Assembly: GCA_016861265.1 (NCBI GenBank)
Contig: BOLA01000001.1
Span: 671,118 to 735,117, forward strand
Reading direction: 5' to 3'
Source: Patescibacteria group bacterium
Lineage (GTDB): Bacteria > Patescibacteriota > Dojkabacteria > J137
DNA length: 64,000 bases
The position numbers and the translations under genes were made by a program. The notes under the pieces were generated by a model, which saw nothing but the letters and a program-made list of their open reading frames with translations, was not told the origin of the DNA and searched no databases. Positions 22,110-30,973 of the stretch are shown piece after piece; position 1 is the stretch's first letter, and each line of letters begins with the position of its first letter.

Positions 22110-22915
22110 CGATATTCTAATAGAGAGTTAAAAGGCGTAATCTGGGTTTCTTCGATTATGTTCTTGGTAAGGTTGCCGTCTTGATCGTAGCCAAAAGTCA
22201 CTACTTTATTAAATTTATTGAAGAAAATTAAGGCTCTTTTATAGTAGGTATTATTGTAATCCATAGGATATGCTTTAAATCCATAGTATTCCTTGAATTC
22301 CATTAACCCAAGTCCCAATCTAATTCCATAAAGATTCTCATCTGTACCCCTTACAATCGTTTTTGCTTTCATCTCTAAAGCGAATTCATCTATACACATT
22401 TCCAGCAGTGCAGATAAGCTGGAATCCTTAATTTTTATATATTCATGGGCTCTATAGTCACACGATATTTCTTCCCGAAATCTATCAATACCAATAATTG
22501 CACCAGCAATTATTTTTCTCTCGGAATTCTTAATAAAAATTGATCCAAATTTATTAGTCTCTTTGGTCTTTTCAAACCATTTCATATCAATCTTAGGAAT
22601 ACCTAATTCCTTTTTCTCAATATTTTTATTGTATAATTCAAGCCATTCTGTGAATTCATTTTGATTTATGTTCTGGCTAAATTCAAAACTGTATAATAAT
22701 TCATTGTCAGCGTGCTTACGTGCTTTCAGTATCTTTTTCCTGGTCCCCTCAGACAGATATTCGAGAGGTTCATTAAATATGACTTCTTTCTTCCATTTTA
22801 TATTTCTTGGTCCGGGATAAGCTGTAGTTATATTATTTCTTACTGCGAAATCCCAGGGTAGATAGGCGTATGCCGGCTTATTATCGATGTAGAACAATTC
22901 TAATCTTTCGAACAT
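22106..22915 (-). CDS. FemAB-like/GNAT-fold acyltransferase-like protein. Last gene of the accessory operon.
   Basis: 269 aa. Fold-level resemblance to FemAB/BioF2-like acyl-CoA N-acyltransferases. Low-specificity call. Confidence 0.3.
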   Translation of the reverse strand: MFERLELFYIDNKPAYAYLPWDFAVRNNITTAYPGPRNIKWKKEVIFNEPLEYLSEGTRKKILKARKHADNELLYSFEFSQNINQNEFTEWLELYNKNIEKKELGIPKIDMKWFEKTKETNKFGSIFIKNSERKIIAGAIIGIDRFREEISCDYRAHEYIKIKDSSLSALLEMCIDEFALEMKAKTIVRGTDENLYGIRLGLGLMEFKEYYGFKAYPMDYNNTYYKRALIFFNKFNKVVTFGYDQDGNLTKNIIEETQITPFNSLLEYR

Positions 22916-22924
22916 AGATGTTTT

Positions 22925-23983
22925 TTAGCTAAGTAGTGAGGAGTAAAGCTTAAGATAATTTGCAGCCATAATGTCTCTTGTAAAATTTTCTGAAACCCAG
23001 GCTCTGCAGTTTTCAGGTTTTATAGAGTTTAATTCAGACAATTTAGCGGACATTTCTTCTTCGTTCATAGCTAAAAGACCAGAGAATCCATTTTTGATAG
23101 TTTCTCTAGTTAAACTATTATCTAGGGCAATCACAGGAGTTCCAGATGCCATTGCTTCTACGGGAACAAGTCCGAAAGGCTCTTTATTCCCGTCCAGTAT
23201 AGGGAATAAAACTGCCTTAGCCTTTGCGTAGTAATTTAATAATTCAAAGTGATCTATATTAGCGTGGTGTTCAACTAGCGGATTGTCTAAAAGAGGAGTA
23301 ACTTCTTCCTTGAAAAATTTTTCACTATCTTTATTCCCTTCCGAAGGTTTCCCAACAACGACTATCTTATATCCGTTATTTATTGCAACCCTCATTGCAA
23401 TATCAGCACCTTTTTTACGATCAAGCCTACCTACAAACAATAAAAAATCTTCTTTCTCTGCTTGAAAAGGAATAAGGTCGAGTTCAACCCCATTATATAT
23501 TGTTGTAACATTCTGAATTTTATCTAACAATGGAATTTTCTGTGTATTGGAGACTGTTACAAAATGGATATTTGGCGAATTAAATTTTTCAATCTGCTCA
23601 ATGAGCTCTTCGGTTATCGGGTTGTGAAGTGTTATTACAACTTTCTTATTCAATAGACTACCGATTGGAAGGGCGAATTCCACGTTATGCGTTTGAAATA
23701 TATCTGCCCAGTCTTTCTCCTGTTTAAAAGCATTAGCTAGATGATTAACAATAAACTTACCTCTTTTTGAACCAATCGCATTGTTGAATGGTGCATAGTT
23801 ATTTAACTCAATAGGGTAATAATACTTTAGCTCACCTGAAATTATAGAGTTTTTACATGCGTAGACCTTAAGCTCAGGATTTAATTTATATAGCGACTCG
23901 TTTAAATTGTAGAAAACTCTTTCCGGACCGCTTCTGCCATGGGGAATGTTAAACAAAATTGTGGCAATATGGCAAATATTCAT
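22925..23983 (-). CDS. Glycosyltransferase family 4 (GT-B)
   Basis: C-terminal E-x7-E signature EPFGLVPVEAMASGTPVIA. Confidence 0.8.
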   Translation of the reverse strand: MNICHIATILFNIPHGRSGPERVFYNLNESLYKLNPELKVYACKNSIISGELKYYYPIELNNYAPFNNAIGSKRGKFIVNHLANAFKQEKDWADIFQTHNVEFALPIGSLLNKKVVITLHNPITEELIEQIEKFNSPNIHFVTVSNTQKIPLLDKIQNVTTIYNGVELDLIPFQAEKEDFLLFVGRLDRKKGADIAMRVAINNGYKIVVVGKPSEGNKDSEKFFKEEVTPLLDNPLVEHHANIDHFELLNYYAKAKAVLFPILDGNKEPFGLVPVEAMASGTPVIALDNSLTRETIKNGFSGLLAMNEEEMSAKLSELNSIKPENCRAWVSENFTRDIMAANYLKLYSSLLS

Positions 23984-23985
23984 AT

Positions 23986-24924
23986 TTAAGGATTTCTAAT
24001 ATTCCTAAGGATCTCAAATTCAGTCGCTAGGTATTCAAATAAATTATATTTTTTAATGGACTCTATTACAGTATCTCTTATTTTTACTTTCTCCTGTGTA
24101 TCTACAGATGGATTCTGTAGCAATTTAAAGTAATAGTAAATATAGCCATAAAAGAGGTTAGTTTTACTTAATTTATTTACATTTAACTTCTTCTCTTCGA
24201 GTAATTTCTTTTTTGAATATAAATAGGCTCTATAACTTTCCGCTCTTGCCTTGTCCTTTCCTTGTAAGGAATTACTATTCACAAGACTTTCGTGACCCCT
24301 CCTAAAGTAACCCAATGGTTCAGAAATATAATCAAATCTGAAGTTGTTCATGCTAATTCGCAAAATTAAATCATGGTCTTCTGATAGCCTCATTGTTTCA
24401 TCAAAATATCCGACTTCATCAAAAATGGATTTCTTCATTAGTATAGACGTTATTGGTGGGTATCCGCCATTTTCGAATAATTCGGGAAAAAAATAATCCT
24501 TACGAAGTGTTTTTCCATAGATATTGTTTACATTTGAAATATCCCCTTCAAATCTATAGATTGGGTGGTAGGTTATATCTGTATCGTTTCTTTCGATTTG
24601 TCTTATCTGTAGTTCAAGCTTATTCTCCATCCATAAATCGTCGGAGTCTATAAATGCAATTAATTCCCCTTTCGCCTGCTTGATTGCTGCATTTCTTACT
24701 TTCCCAACATAACCACCACTATTTTCTGCTAGAAATACTGGTTTTATTCTAGAATCGTTTGCTGCATATTTTATTATTATGTCCTTAGATGAATCCGTAC
24801 TTCCATCATCAATAATAATATGCTCATAATCTGTGAAAGTTTGTTTCTGAACACTTTCTATTGTTTCTTGGATTACATTCTCTCTATTAAAAACAGGAGT
24901 TATGATTGATATTCTAGGTTGCAT
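23986..24924 (-). CDS. Glycosyltransferase family 2 (GT-A)
   Basis: N-terminal SIITPVFN...IIDDGSTD and a DSDD motif. Confidence 0.8.
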   Translation of the reverse strand: MQPRISIITPVFNRENVIQETIESVQKQTFTDYEHIIIDDGSTDSSKDIIIKYAANDSRIKPVFLAENSGGYVGKVRNAAIKQAKGELIAFIDSDDLWMENKLELQIRQIERNDTDITYHPIYRFEGDISNVNNIYGKTLRKDYFFPELFENGGYPPITSILMKKSIFDEVGYFDETMRLSEDHDLILRISMNNFRFDYISEPLGYFRRGHESLVNSNSLQGKDKARAESYRAYLYSKKKLLEEKKLNVNKLSKTNLFYGYIYYYFKLLQNPSVDTQEKVKIRDTVIESIKKYNLFEYLATEFEILRNIRNP

Positions 24925-24925
24925 T

Positions 24926-25708
24926 TTATTTATTTAACTTATTAAAGGGGCAGACCTCGATTAGAGGGTGTAAATCAATCTTATGATTATAATTATATAT
25001 TTGCGAATGTAAATCTTCAAGCTTTGTATCTTCAGTGATAACCATAGGCTTTACTAAAGGTCGATTCACAGACAAAAAATAATCTTCGAATTTAAATCCG
25101 TTACCGATAACCTTATCGGAAAATTCTACCCAGTAGGCTGGAATATTATAAGCATCGGAGGCAATAATACCATGTAAGGAACTTGAGAATATGATTTCGC
25201 AAGAATTAATCTCATCAATGAATTTAAATTTATCTTGTGTTATGTCTATTACCAATACATCTGGATTATTCTCTAAATTTTTGACAAATGCATTCTCTTT
25301 ATCTACATAGTGAGGAATTACTCCAATCTTATATTTCTTTTCGCTAATAACGGGTTTATATATTAAAGGGAAAAGAAGAGCAGGGTCACCATATATTTCA
25401 GGACATTCAATCCCTTGGTTTAACAACGATTTCCTTGTAAGTGGCCCCCTAACTGCTAATATTTTTGGTGAGGTAGAAATAGTGCTCTTTTCTGTAATAA
25501 AGCCGCTTCCCCAAACGACCGAATTATTCTTGGCTCTATCTAATATACTTCCAACAACATAATAAACTGGCCCTAAATATGACTCTAAATCATTTATGTG
25601 AGTTGGAATCTCTCCCGAAAAAAACTCTATTAATGTTGGATTTATTGCATCTCCCCAATTATTAACTACCTCTGGATTTTTGGATCTAAACCAATAAGCT
25701 ACTAACAT
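24926..25708 (-). CDS. Polysaccharide pyruvyl transferase-like protein
   Basis: N-terminal NNWGDAINPTL resembles the N(F/W)GD motif of the PS_pyruv_trans family. Confidence 0.45.
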   Translation of the reverse strand: MLVAYWFRSKNPEVVNNWGDAINPTLIEFFSGEIPTHINDLESYLGPVYYVVGSILDRAKNNSVVWGSGFITEKSTISTSPKILAVRGPLTRKSLLNQGIECPEIYGDPALLFPLIYKPVISEKKYKIGVIPHYVDKENAFVKNLENNPDVLVIDITQDKFKFIDEINSCEIIFSSSLHGIIASDAYNIPAYWVEFSDKVIGNGFKFEDYFLSVNRPLVKPMVITEDTKLEDLHSQIYNYNHKIDLHPLIEVCPFNKLNK

Positions 25709-25709
25709 A

Positions 25710-26636
25710 TTAATTTATAAGATAATTAGATAAATTTGTAAGGTAGGCCTCTAGTAAATCTAGACTCTCTTCACTAAAGACATCTAGCCCTGGCTTAGTA
25801 TTTGCCTCAACCAAAAGATATTTCTGAGAATGCCTATCGTACATAAAATCAAGTGAGAATATCTTCTTTTCGAATGCCTCGAGTCTTTGTATTATTTTTT
25901 TACATAATTCCAATAGATCTGGAATATTTTCTAATTTTATAAATTCAATGCTTGCACCTCTATGGAAGTTAGTATAGAGTGACCCTTCAGCAGCAATTCT
26001 TGATAATGCATATTGTGGACTTTCTCCGAGGAATACAACCCTGAAATCCTTTATTTCATTGTCTTGTTTTGCGTCAATAAAATCTTGTACAATTGAGTTG
26101 TGCTGTAAATAGATCTCTTTATCGTTTGTTATTTGGACCTGTTTTCCACCCGAACCTCTAATATTTTTAATGACTAGCGTCTTTCCATCCTCGTTTTTAA
26201 TGGTCTCTCCTGCTAATGCTAAGCGAGAGTAGGGAAGAAAGTCTTTAAATATCACAGCCTGATTTAATTTATTATCTATAAGGTTATCGAAATATGTATT
26301 ATTCACTAGTGGAATGATTTTTTCTATTTCAAGCTTCTTTTCGTGAATTTCGATTAAAAGATCACCTGTTATTTTATTAAAATTTCCACACTTATCATAA
26401 ATTACGTTAGGTTTTATTTCATTTTCTACCTTTTGCCACGAATTATTTACAAACTGCCACCCCTTAGTAAACTTGCCTTCCTTAAACCAATTAATGTTGC
26501 TTCTATAGAGTCTAATATCCAATTTCTTACATACTTTTCCCCAAGTTGAATAACCTAAATTCTGACTAGGAGTAAAATCTGGCTTCTCTAGGTTCCAATC
26601 CTCTTCGTTGTTTAGTATTAGTATCGATTTATTCAT
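25710..26636 (-). CDS. ATP-grasp fold enzyme, sugar-transfer-associated/YheCD-like (paralog 1)
   Basis: Contains GSGGKQVQI, FRVVFLG...SRIA and LLVEANTKPG. It is clearly paralogous to the adjacent gene. Confidence 0.6.
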   Translation of the reverse strand: MNKSILILNNEEDWNLEKPDFTPSQNLGYSTWGKVCKKLDIRLYRSNINWFKEGKFTKGWQFVNNSWQKVENEIKPNVIYDKCGNFNKITGDLLIEIHEKKLEIEKIIPLVNNTYFDNLIDNKLNQAVIFKDFLPYSRLALAGETIKNEDGKTLVIKNIRGSGGKQVQITNDKEIYLQHNSIVQDFIDAKQDNEIKDFRVVFLGESPQYALSRIAAEGSLYTNFHRGASIEFIKLENIPDLLELCKKIIQRLEAFEKKIFSLDFMYDRHSQKYLLVEANTKPGLDVFSEESLDLLEAYLTNLSNYLIN

Positions 26637-27556
26637 TAGTTTAGTAAATAATCAGTTAATTTTGAGTAGAAAAGTTCCATTATTTCAATATTATCTACAA
26701 ATACTCCAACTCCAGGTGTGCTATTAAATTCCATTAGGTATGGCTTATTTGATTGAGTCTCTACAATAAAATCTAGTGAATATATTAGTTTAGGAAATAC
26801 TGAAAGAGGTTGGGATATTTCTTTAGCCTTCTCAACAAGAAACGGTATAGTATTCATATCTACAATCTCAGAATGGGCTCCTTTGTTAGTATTTGTAAAG
26901 CTGGAGTCCTTTTCTGCTATTCTACTTGCAGCGTATACCAATTCACTTCCTATAAAAACTAATCTGTAGTCCCTCAGTTCGTCGTTTGCTCTTGCATCAA
27001 TAAATTCTTGAATAATACTATTTTCACTTATTATAATATTTCTATCTTCACTTATCTGAACCTGATTCCCACCCGATCCATAAGGCAACTTTATTACCAG
27101 TTTACTATTATTGTTTACCGAAGTATTAGCGGGTACAAATTTACTATTAGGTAAGTATTTATTAAATAATACTAATTGGTTAATCTTGTTGTCTAAAAAT
27201 AAAGACGCTTCTGGAGGGTTAATAAATTTGTATTTTGAAGCCACTAGTATTTTTTTATTATACAAGTCAGACTCAAGGTGACCGTTTGTTTTATCGTAAA
27301 TTCTTGCCTTGTCATAGACTACATCAGGATTAAAGTTATTACTGATCTTTTCCCAAGCTTTTGTATTGGGATTATATTCCCAATACTTTGCAAAACTTTC
27401 ACCGTTAAACCAGTTTATTTCGCTCCTTACAAGCTTTATATCTCTTGATGCGCATAAATCTCCCCAATAAGAGTAAGATCTTCTGAATCTTTCCTTATGT
27501 TCAGGCTGATCTAAATGCCAATCATCTCCAGTGTAGAGTATCAAAATGGATTTCAT
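26636..27556 (-). CDS. ATP-grasp fold enzyme (paralog 2)
   Basis: Contains GSGGNQVQI, YRLVFIG...SRIA and LMEFNSTPG. It overlaps its neighbours by 1-4 nt. Confidence 0.6.
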   Translation of the reverse strand: MKSILILYTGDDWHLDQPEHKERFRRSYSYWGDLCASRDIKLVRSEINWFNGESFAKYWEYNPNTKAWEKISNNFNPDVVYDKARIYDKTNGHLESDLYNKKILVASKYKFINPPEASLFLDNKINQLVLFNKYLPNSKFVPANTSVNNNSKLVIKLPYGSGGNQVQISEDRNIIISENSIIQEFIDARANDELRDYRLVFIGSELVYAASRIAEKDSSFTNTNKGAHSEIVDMNTIPFLVEKAKEISQPLSVFPKLIYSLDFIVETQSNKPYLMEFNSTPGVGVFVDNIEIMELFYSKLTDYLLN

Positions 27557-29034
27557 ACTTGTATTTTTGAAGGGTCAATTAGAAACTTTCCAAGGGTGTT
27601 ATTGCCCAATAGTATTTTATAGCTTAGATGTTTTCTGTCAAATATTGTAAAGTTCGTAATAATTTCTTGTCCCTCTATAATTATCTTTATATTTACATAT
27701 AGTCTTAAGCTTGTCCCATGGCTTGATCTTATGTATTTTATATTTGTAAGATAATCAAATTTCAATTTAAGTTTAGTGAATATATCTTGAGCTACGACCT
27801 GGGCTTCATCTTCAGTTGTAAGCTTGCTAGAGGCTTCACTATAAAGTATCTTAAATTCTTCTATTATATCCCCGAATCCTAACGATACTGCGAGGGATTC
27901 ATCAATGGATGATAGGTCTGCACCAGTATCCACCTTTGCTTTTATATTGAACGAAGTTTGCAGATCAAGGCTATATACCTCTATGTTTGTTGTTAATCCA
28001 ATAACTTGTTTTCCTGATAGGCTCTCAATTTCCTCTTCTATTTCTCCACCGAACAGGTCTTTTGCAAGTCTTACGGCTCTTTCAGTAGTTTTCACTTTAA
28101 TTCCGGAAGCCTTTTTTAATCTCCATCTCAGACCATCATCATTTGCAAGTTGAATTGAAAGTCCTGGTCTTGCATTCATTTCAACAATTACGGGTCCTTT
28201 TTCTTCATCTATTAAGAAATCAACTGCCCCGAACCCAAGTCCGGTTACTTTGCTTGCTTCACAGGCGTACCTCAATATTTTGTCCCAATAAGGAATTTTT
28301 ATACCAGATAAAGGTAAATTGGTATTTGGGACATAATCGATTGCGGTGGATTTCCCAATTATTGAGGATGTGGTTTTTCCAACTGCCATGTCAATTCCTG
28401 CTGCTATTGCTCCTAAATCAAGGTTTGCTTTCCCATCAGATTCTTTTGTCGGTAGCCTAATATAACTCATTACAGGAATAGAGTTGAATATTAGGACTCT
28501 AATGTCTGGTGCACCTTTATAACTGTAATACTTAAAACCTTTATGTGGTCTAACTCTTTCTTCAATCAAGGCCCTGTCGGGTTCATTAAATAGAGAATAT
28601 CTACCATCTAGAATATCCTGTATTAAGGACTTTAAGTCGTCTTCAGTGTATCTTCTATTGCCAGAGGCAATCCATTTACCCTCCTTATTTCTATTATATA
28701 CAATGGTTACACCACCGCCTCTCACTCCTTTTACAGGCTTTATTACAAATGACTTGGGTAGAGTAGAGAAATCAAATTCATTTAGCTGGTTTCGGTTCTT
28801 AATTACCTTTACAAGTGTAGGAACAGGGATTCCAGCCCTGGCTAGAATTCTTTTGGATATAGTTTTATCATCCGCAATCTTAATGGCACCTCTTTTATTA
28901 TATGGACGAATGTAATTTAGATATCTCTCATTCCTTCCCAAAACTAATTTTCTATTTTCAATTATCTTGCTTAGGCTGATCATTTGTAGTCTTATTATCC
29001 CCAAATAAAATGCTTCGGAATCTCCAGTACTCAT
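27553..29034 (-). CDS. RimK-like ATP-grasp ligase fused to a C-terminal retropepsin-like (DTGA) protease domain
   Basis: N-terminal ATP-grasp (VIKPVKGVRGGGV; VDFLIDEEKGPVIVEMNARPGLS). C-terminal AKVDTGADLSSID aspartic-protease signature of the RimK-associated protease family. An alternative start at 28983 is possible. Confidence 0.65.
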   Translation of the reverse strand: MSTGDSEAFYLGIIRLQMISLSKIIENRKLVLGRNERYLNYIRPYNKRGAIKIADDKTISKRILARAGIPVPTLVKVIKNRNQLNEFDFSTLPKSFVIKPVKGVRGGGVTIVYNRNKEGKWIASGNRRYTEDDLKSLIQDILDGRYSLFNEPDRALIEERVRPHKGFKYYSYKGAPDIRVLIFNSIPVMSYIRLPTKESDGKANLDLGAIAAGIDMAVGKTTSSIIGKSTAIDYVPNTNLPLSGIKIPYWDKILRYACEASKVTGLGFGAVDFLIDEEKGPVIVEMNARPGLSIQLANDDGLRWRLKKASGIKVKTTERAVRLAKDLFGGEIEEEIESLSGKQVIGLTTNIEVYSLDLQTSFNIKAKVDTGADLSSIDESLAVSLGFGDIIEEFKILYSEASSKLTTEDEAQVVAQDIFTKLKLKFDYLTNIKYIRSSHGTSLRLYVNIKIIIEGQEIITNFTIFDRKHLSYKILLGNNTLGKFLIDPSKIQV

Positions 29035-29689
29035 TTAACCTTAGTCCGGTAAATCTGCCAAGGTAAACATTGACAATTATTAGTATTGGAATGATCAATA
29101 AATTAGTTTCTACGAAGCTCTGTAGCCTTGTAATTGATATGAAAATGTAACAAAACAATGCAGTGATGAAAGTATCTATTGCAGTATTAAATCCGTAGCT
29201 TGTTCCCTTTCTAGCAAAGGCTGAGACAAAGGGTTCGACTAATATAGCTAAGATTATTAATGTAAATTTATTTAAGAACACTGGTCCATTAAATCCTACA
29301 ATTCCTGCTACAACAATACAGGCAAAAAGCGAGATTACTACGCCAAGTGTAACTAATGTTAGTTTAGGTATGTAGTTCATCCTAAGATATTTTAGGACTC
29401 TATATACTAACCAGCTAGTGATTAGTGTTATGGTGTAGAGTAATACTCCATATTTCACTGCCTTCCATATATCTTGTTCTCCAGCGTTATTGCCAAATTC
29501 ATATAAAAGGAAGGTGATGATTACCGGGGTAAAGATTCCGAGGCTTTTTATTCCAATAACATATCTGGCGATTCCAATTATCGTTGTAACCACAGGAAGA
29601 AGTATCAATATTACAAATACCTCTTTATATAGTGCAACTTCTGTTGCTGGGATTCCTCTTTGTATTAATAAATTCCAAATTATATCCAT
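28958..29689 (-). CDS. Standalone seven-transmembrane protein, the type associated with RimK-like ATP-grasp systems
   Basis: 243 aa with seven predicted hydrophobic helices. First gene of the operon, overlapping the next gene. Confidence 0.55.
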   Translation of the reverse strand: MDIIWNLLIQRGIPATEVALYKEVFVILILLPVVTTIIGIARYVIGIKSLGIFTPVIITFLLYEFGNNAGEQDIWKAVKYGVLLYTITLITSWLVYRVLKYLRMNYIPKLTLVTLGVVISLFACIVVAGIVGFNGPVFLNKFTLIILAILVEPFVSAFARKGTSYGFNTAIDTFITALFCYIFISITRLQSFVETNLLIIPILIIVNVYLGRFTGLRLNEYWRFRSILFGDNKTTNDQPKQDN

Positions 29690-29706
29690 ATGTTTAGTAT
29701 TAAAAA

Positions 29707-29742
29707 AGCAGGTTGTTTACACTTAATATAAACTAACCTGCT
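29707..29742 (-). terminator. Rho-independent terminator after rplL (minus strand)
   Basis: Imperfect 13-bp inverted repeat AGCAGGTTGTTTA/TAAACTAACCTGCT followed by a T-run on the minus strand. Confidence 0.55.
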
Positions 29743-29770
29743 CGTATTTACAAAATAATTATCAGAGTAA

Positions 29771-30166
29771 TTATTTAACTTCAACTTTAGCACCTTCTGC
29801 CTCTAGTTGTTTCTTGATATCTTCAGCTTCTTCCTTCTTAGCACCTTCCTTGATTGGTTTAGCGCCAGCTGCAACACTGTCAACTAAGTCTTTAGCTTCT
29901 TTTAAGCCTAGGCCTGTGATGTTCTTTACAACTTTGATTACACCGATCTTGTTAGCACCTGCGTCAGTTAGAATTACGTCAAACTCAGTTTTTTCTTCTG
30001 CTGCTTCTGCTGGAGCTCCACCTGCCATTGGCATAGCCATAGCCATAGGTGCGCTAGCTTTAACATCAAAAGTTTCTTCTAGAGCTTTCTTTAATTCAAA
30101 AGCTTCAACAACTGTTAACTCTTTAATAGAGTCTACAATTTTCTGTACTTTTTCGCTTGTAGCCAT
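29771..30166 (-). CDS. rplL: 50S ribosomal protein L7/L12
   Basis: [31 protein letters not shown]... with an Ala/Met-rich hinge and C-terminal KEAKDLV. Confidence 0.9.
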   Translation of the reverse strand: MATSEKVQKIVDSIKELTVVEAFELKKALEETFDVKASAPMAMAMPMAGGAPAEAAEEKTEFDVILTDAGANKIGVIKVVKNITGLGLKEAKDLVDSVAAGAKPIKEGAKKEEAEDIKKQLEAEGAKVEVK

Positions 30167-30294
30167 TGTATGTTTAAATAAAATATAAAAATTTGTTAAT
30201 ATAACTAACTCCAATAATTTTCTAGGACTAATTTCCTTTTAAGGATTTCGCCTTTATTGAATTTTTAGTTAAAACTAAACCAAAATAAAATTAA

Positions 30295-30828
30295 TTATTC
30301 TTTAAATGCTTGATCTAGGATAGTTGCAAAAGACCTTGTTGGATCTTCTAAAACATTAACTACTCCGGACATTGCATTGTCAAGAATTCCTAATATCATT
30401 GAAATACTACCATTAAAGTCTGGCATGTCAGCTAATTCAGACACCTGTTCTTTAGTTAAAAGAACGCCGTCCATGATTCCTGACACTATTTCTATCTTTG
30501 TACTACCATCTTTAGATGTAGTTGCATCAATAAATTTCTTTAATGATTTGCTAGGATTAACAATATCTTCACTTAAGAATAGAGCAGCGTGTTCGCCATT
30601 CTCTAACTCCTTAACTTCAGGATATTGAGCTTCAGCAAGAGCTAATTTAAATATTGTATTTTTTACAATATTAAAGTTTGCGTCAAAATCAAATATGTTC
30701 ATTCTGAAGTCATTAGCTTCGTTAGGTGTAAGTTTTGAAGGCTTAACTATAATAATAGCTTTTGCCTTTTTTACATCTTTTACATATTTGTCTTTTAAAG
30801 CCAACTTTTCTTTTTTGGTCTTGGCCAT
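30295..30828 (-). CDS. rplJ: 50S ribosomal protein L10
   Basis: L10 family sequence, positioned between rplA and rplL. Confidence 0.85.
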   Translation of the reverse strand: MAKTKKEKLALKDKYVKDVKKAKAIIIVKPSKLTPNEANDFRMNIFDFDANFNIVKNTIFKLALAEAQYPEVKELENGEHAALFLSEDIVNPSKSLKKFIDATTSKDGSTKIEIVSGIMDGVLLTKEQVSELADMPDFNGSISMILGILDNAMSGVVNVLEDPTRSFATILDQAFKE

Positions 30829-30973
30829 TTTACAAAATATAATATAAATATTACTAGGTAATAAAAAAGCACCACGAGGGCGCTATAAATTTGATGTTAA
30901 TCAAACTACAGTGCGTCTCGGTGGGATTTATGTAAATCTCTTTACTACCTACTGTCTTAAACGTTGTTAATTT

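Noticed and set aside
29814-30188. Plus-strand 124-aa ORF
   Set aside because: It is antisense to rplL. Low-complexity Ala/Ser-rich translation mirrors the L7/L12 hinge.
30829-30973. Possible L10 leader autoregulatory RNA between rplA and rplJ
   Set aside because: It sits in the expected position, but I could not identify the conserved L10-leader structure by eye, so I did not call it.
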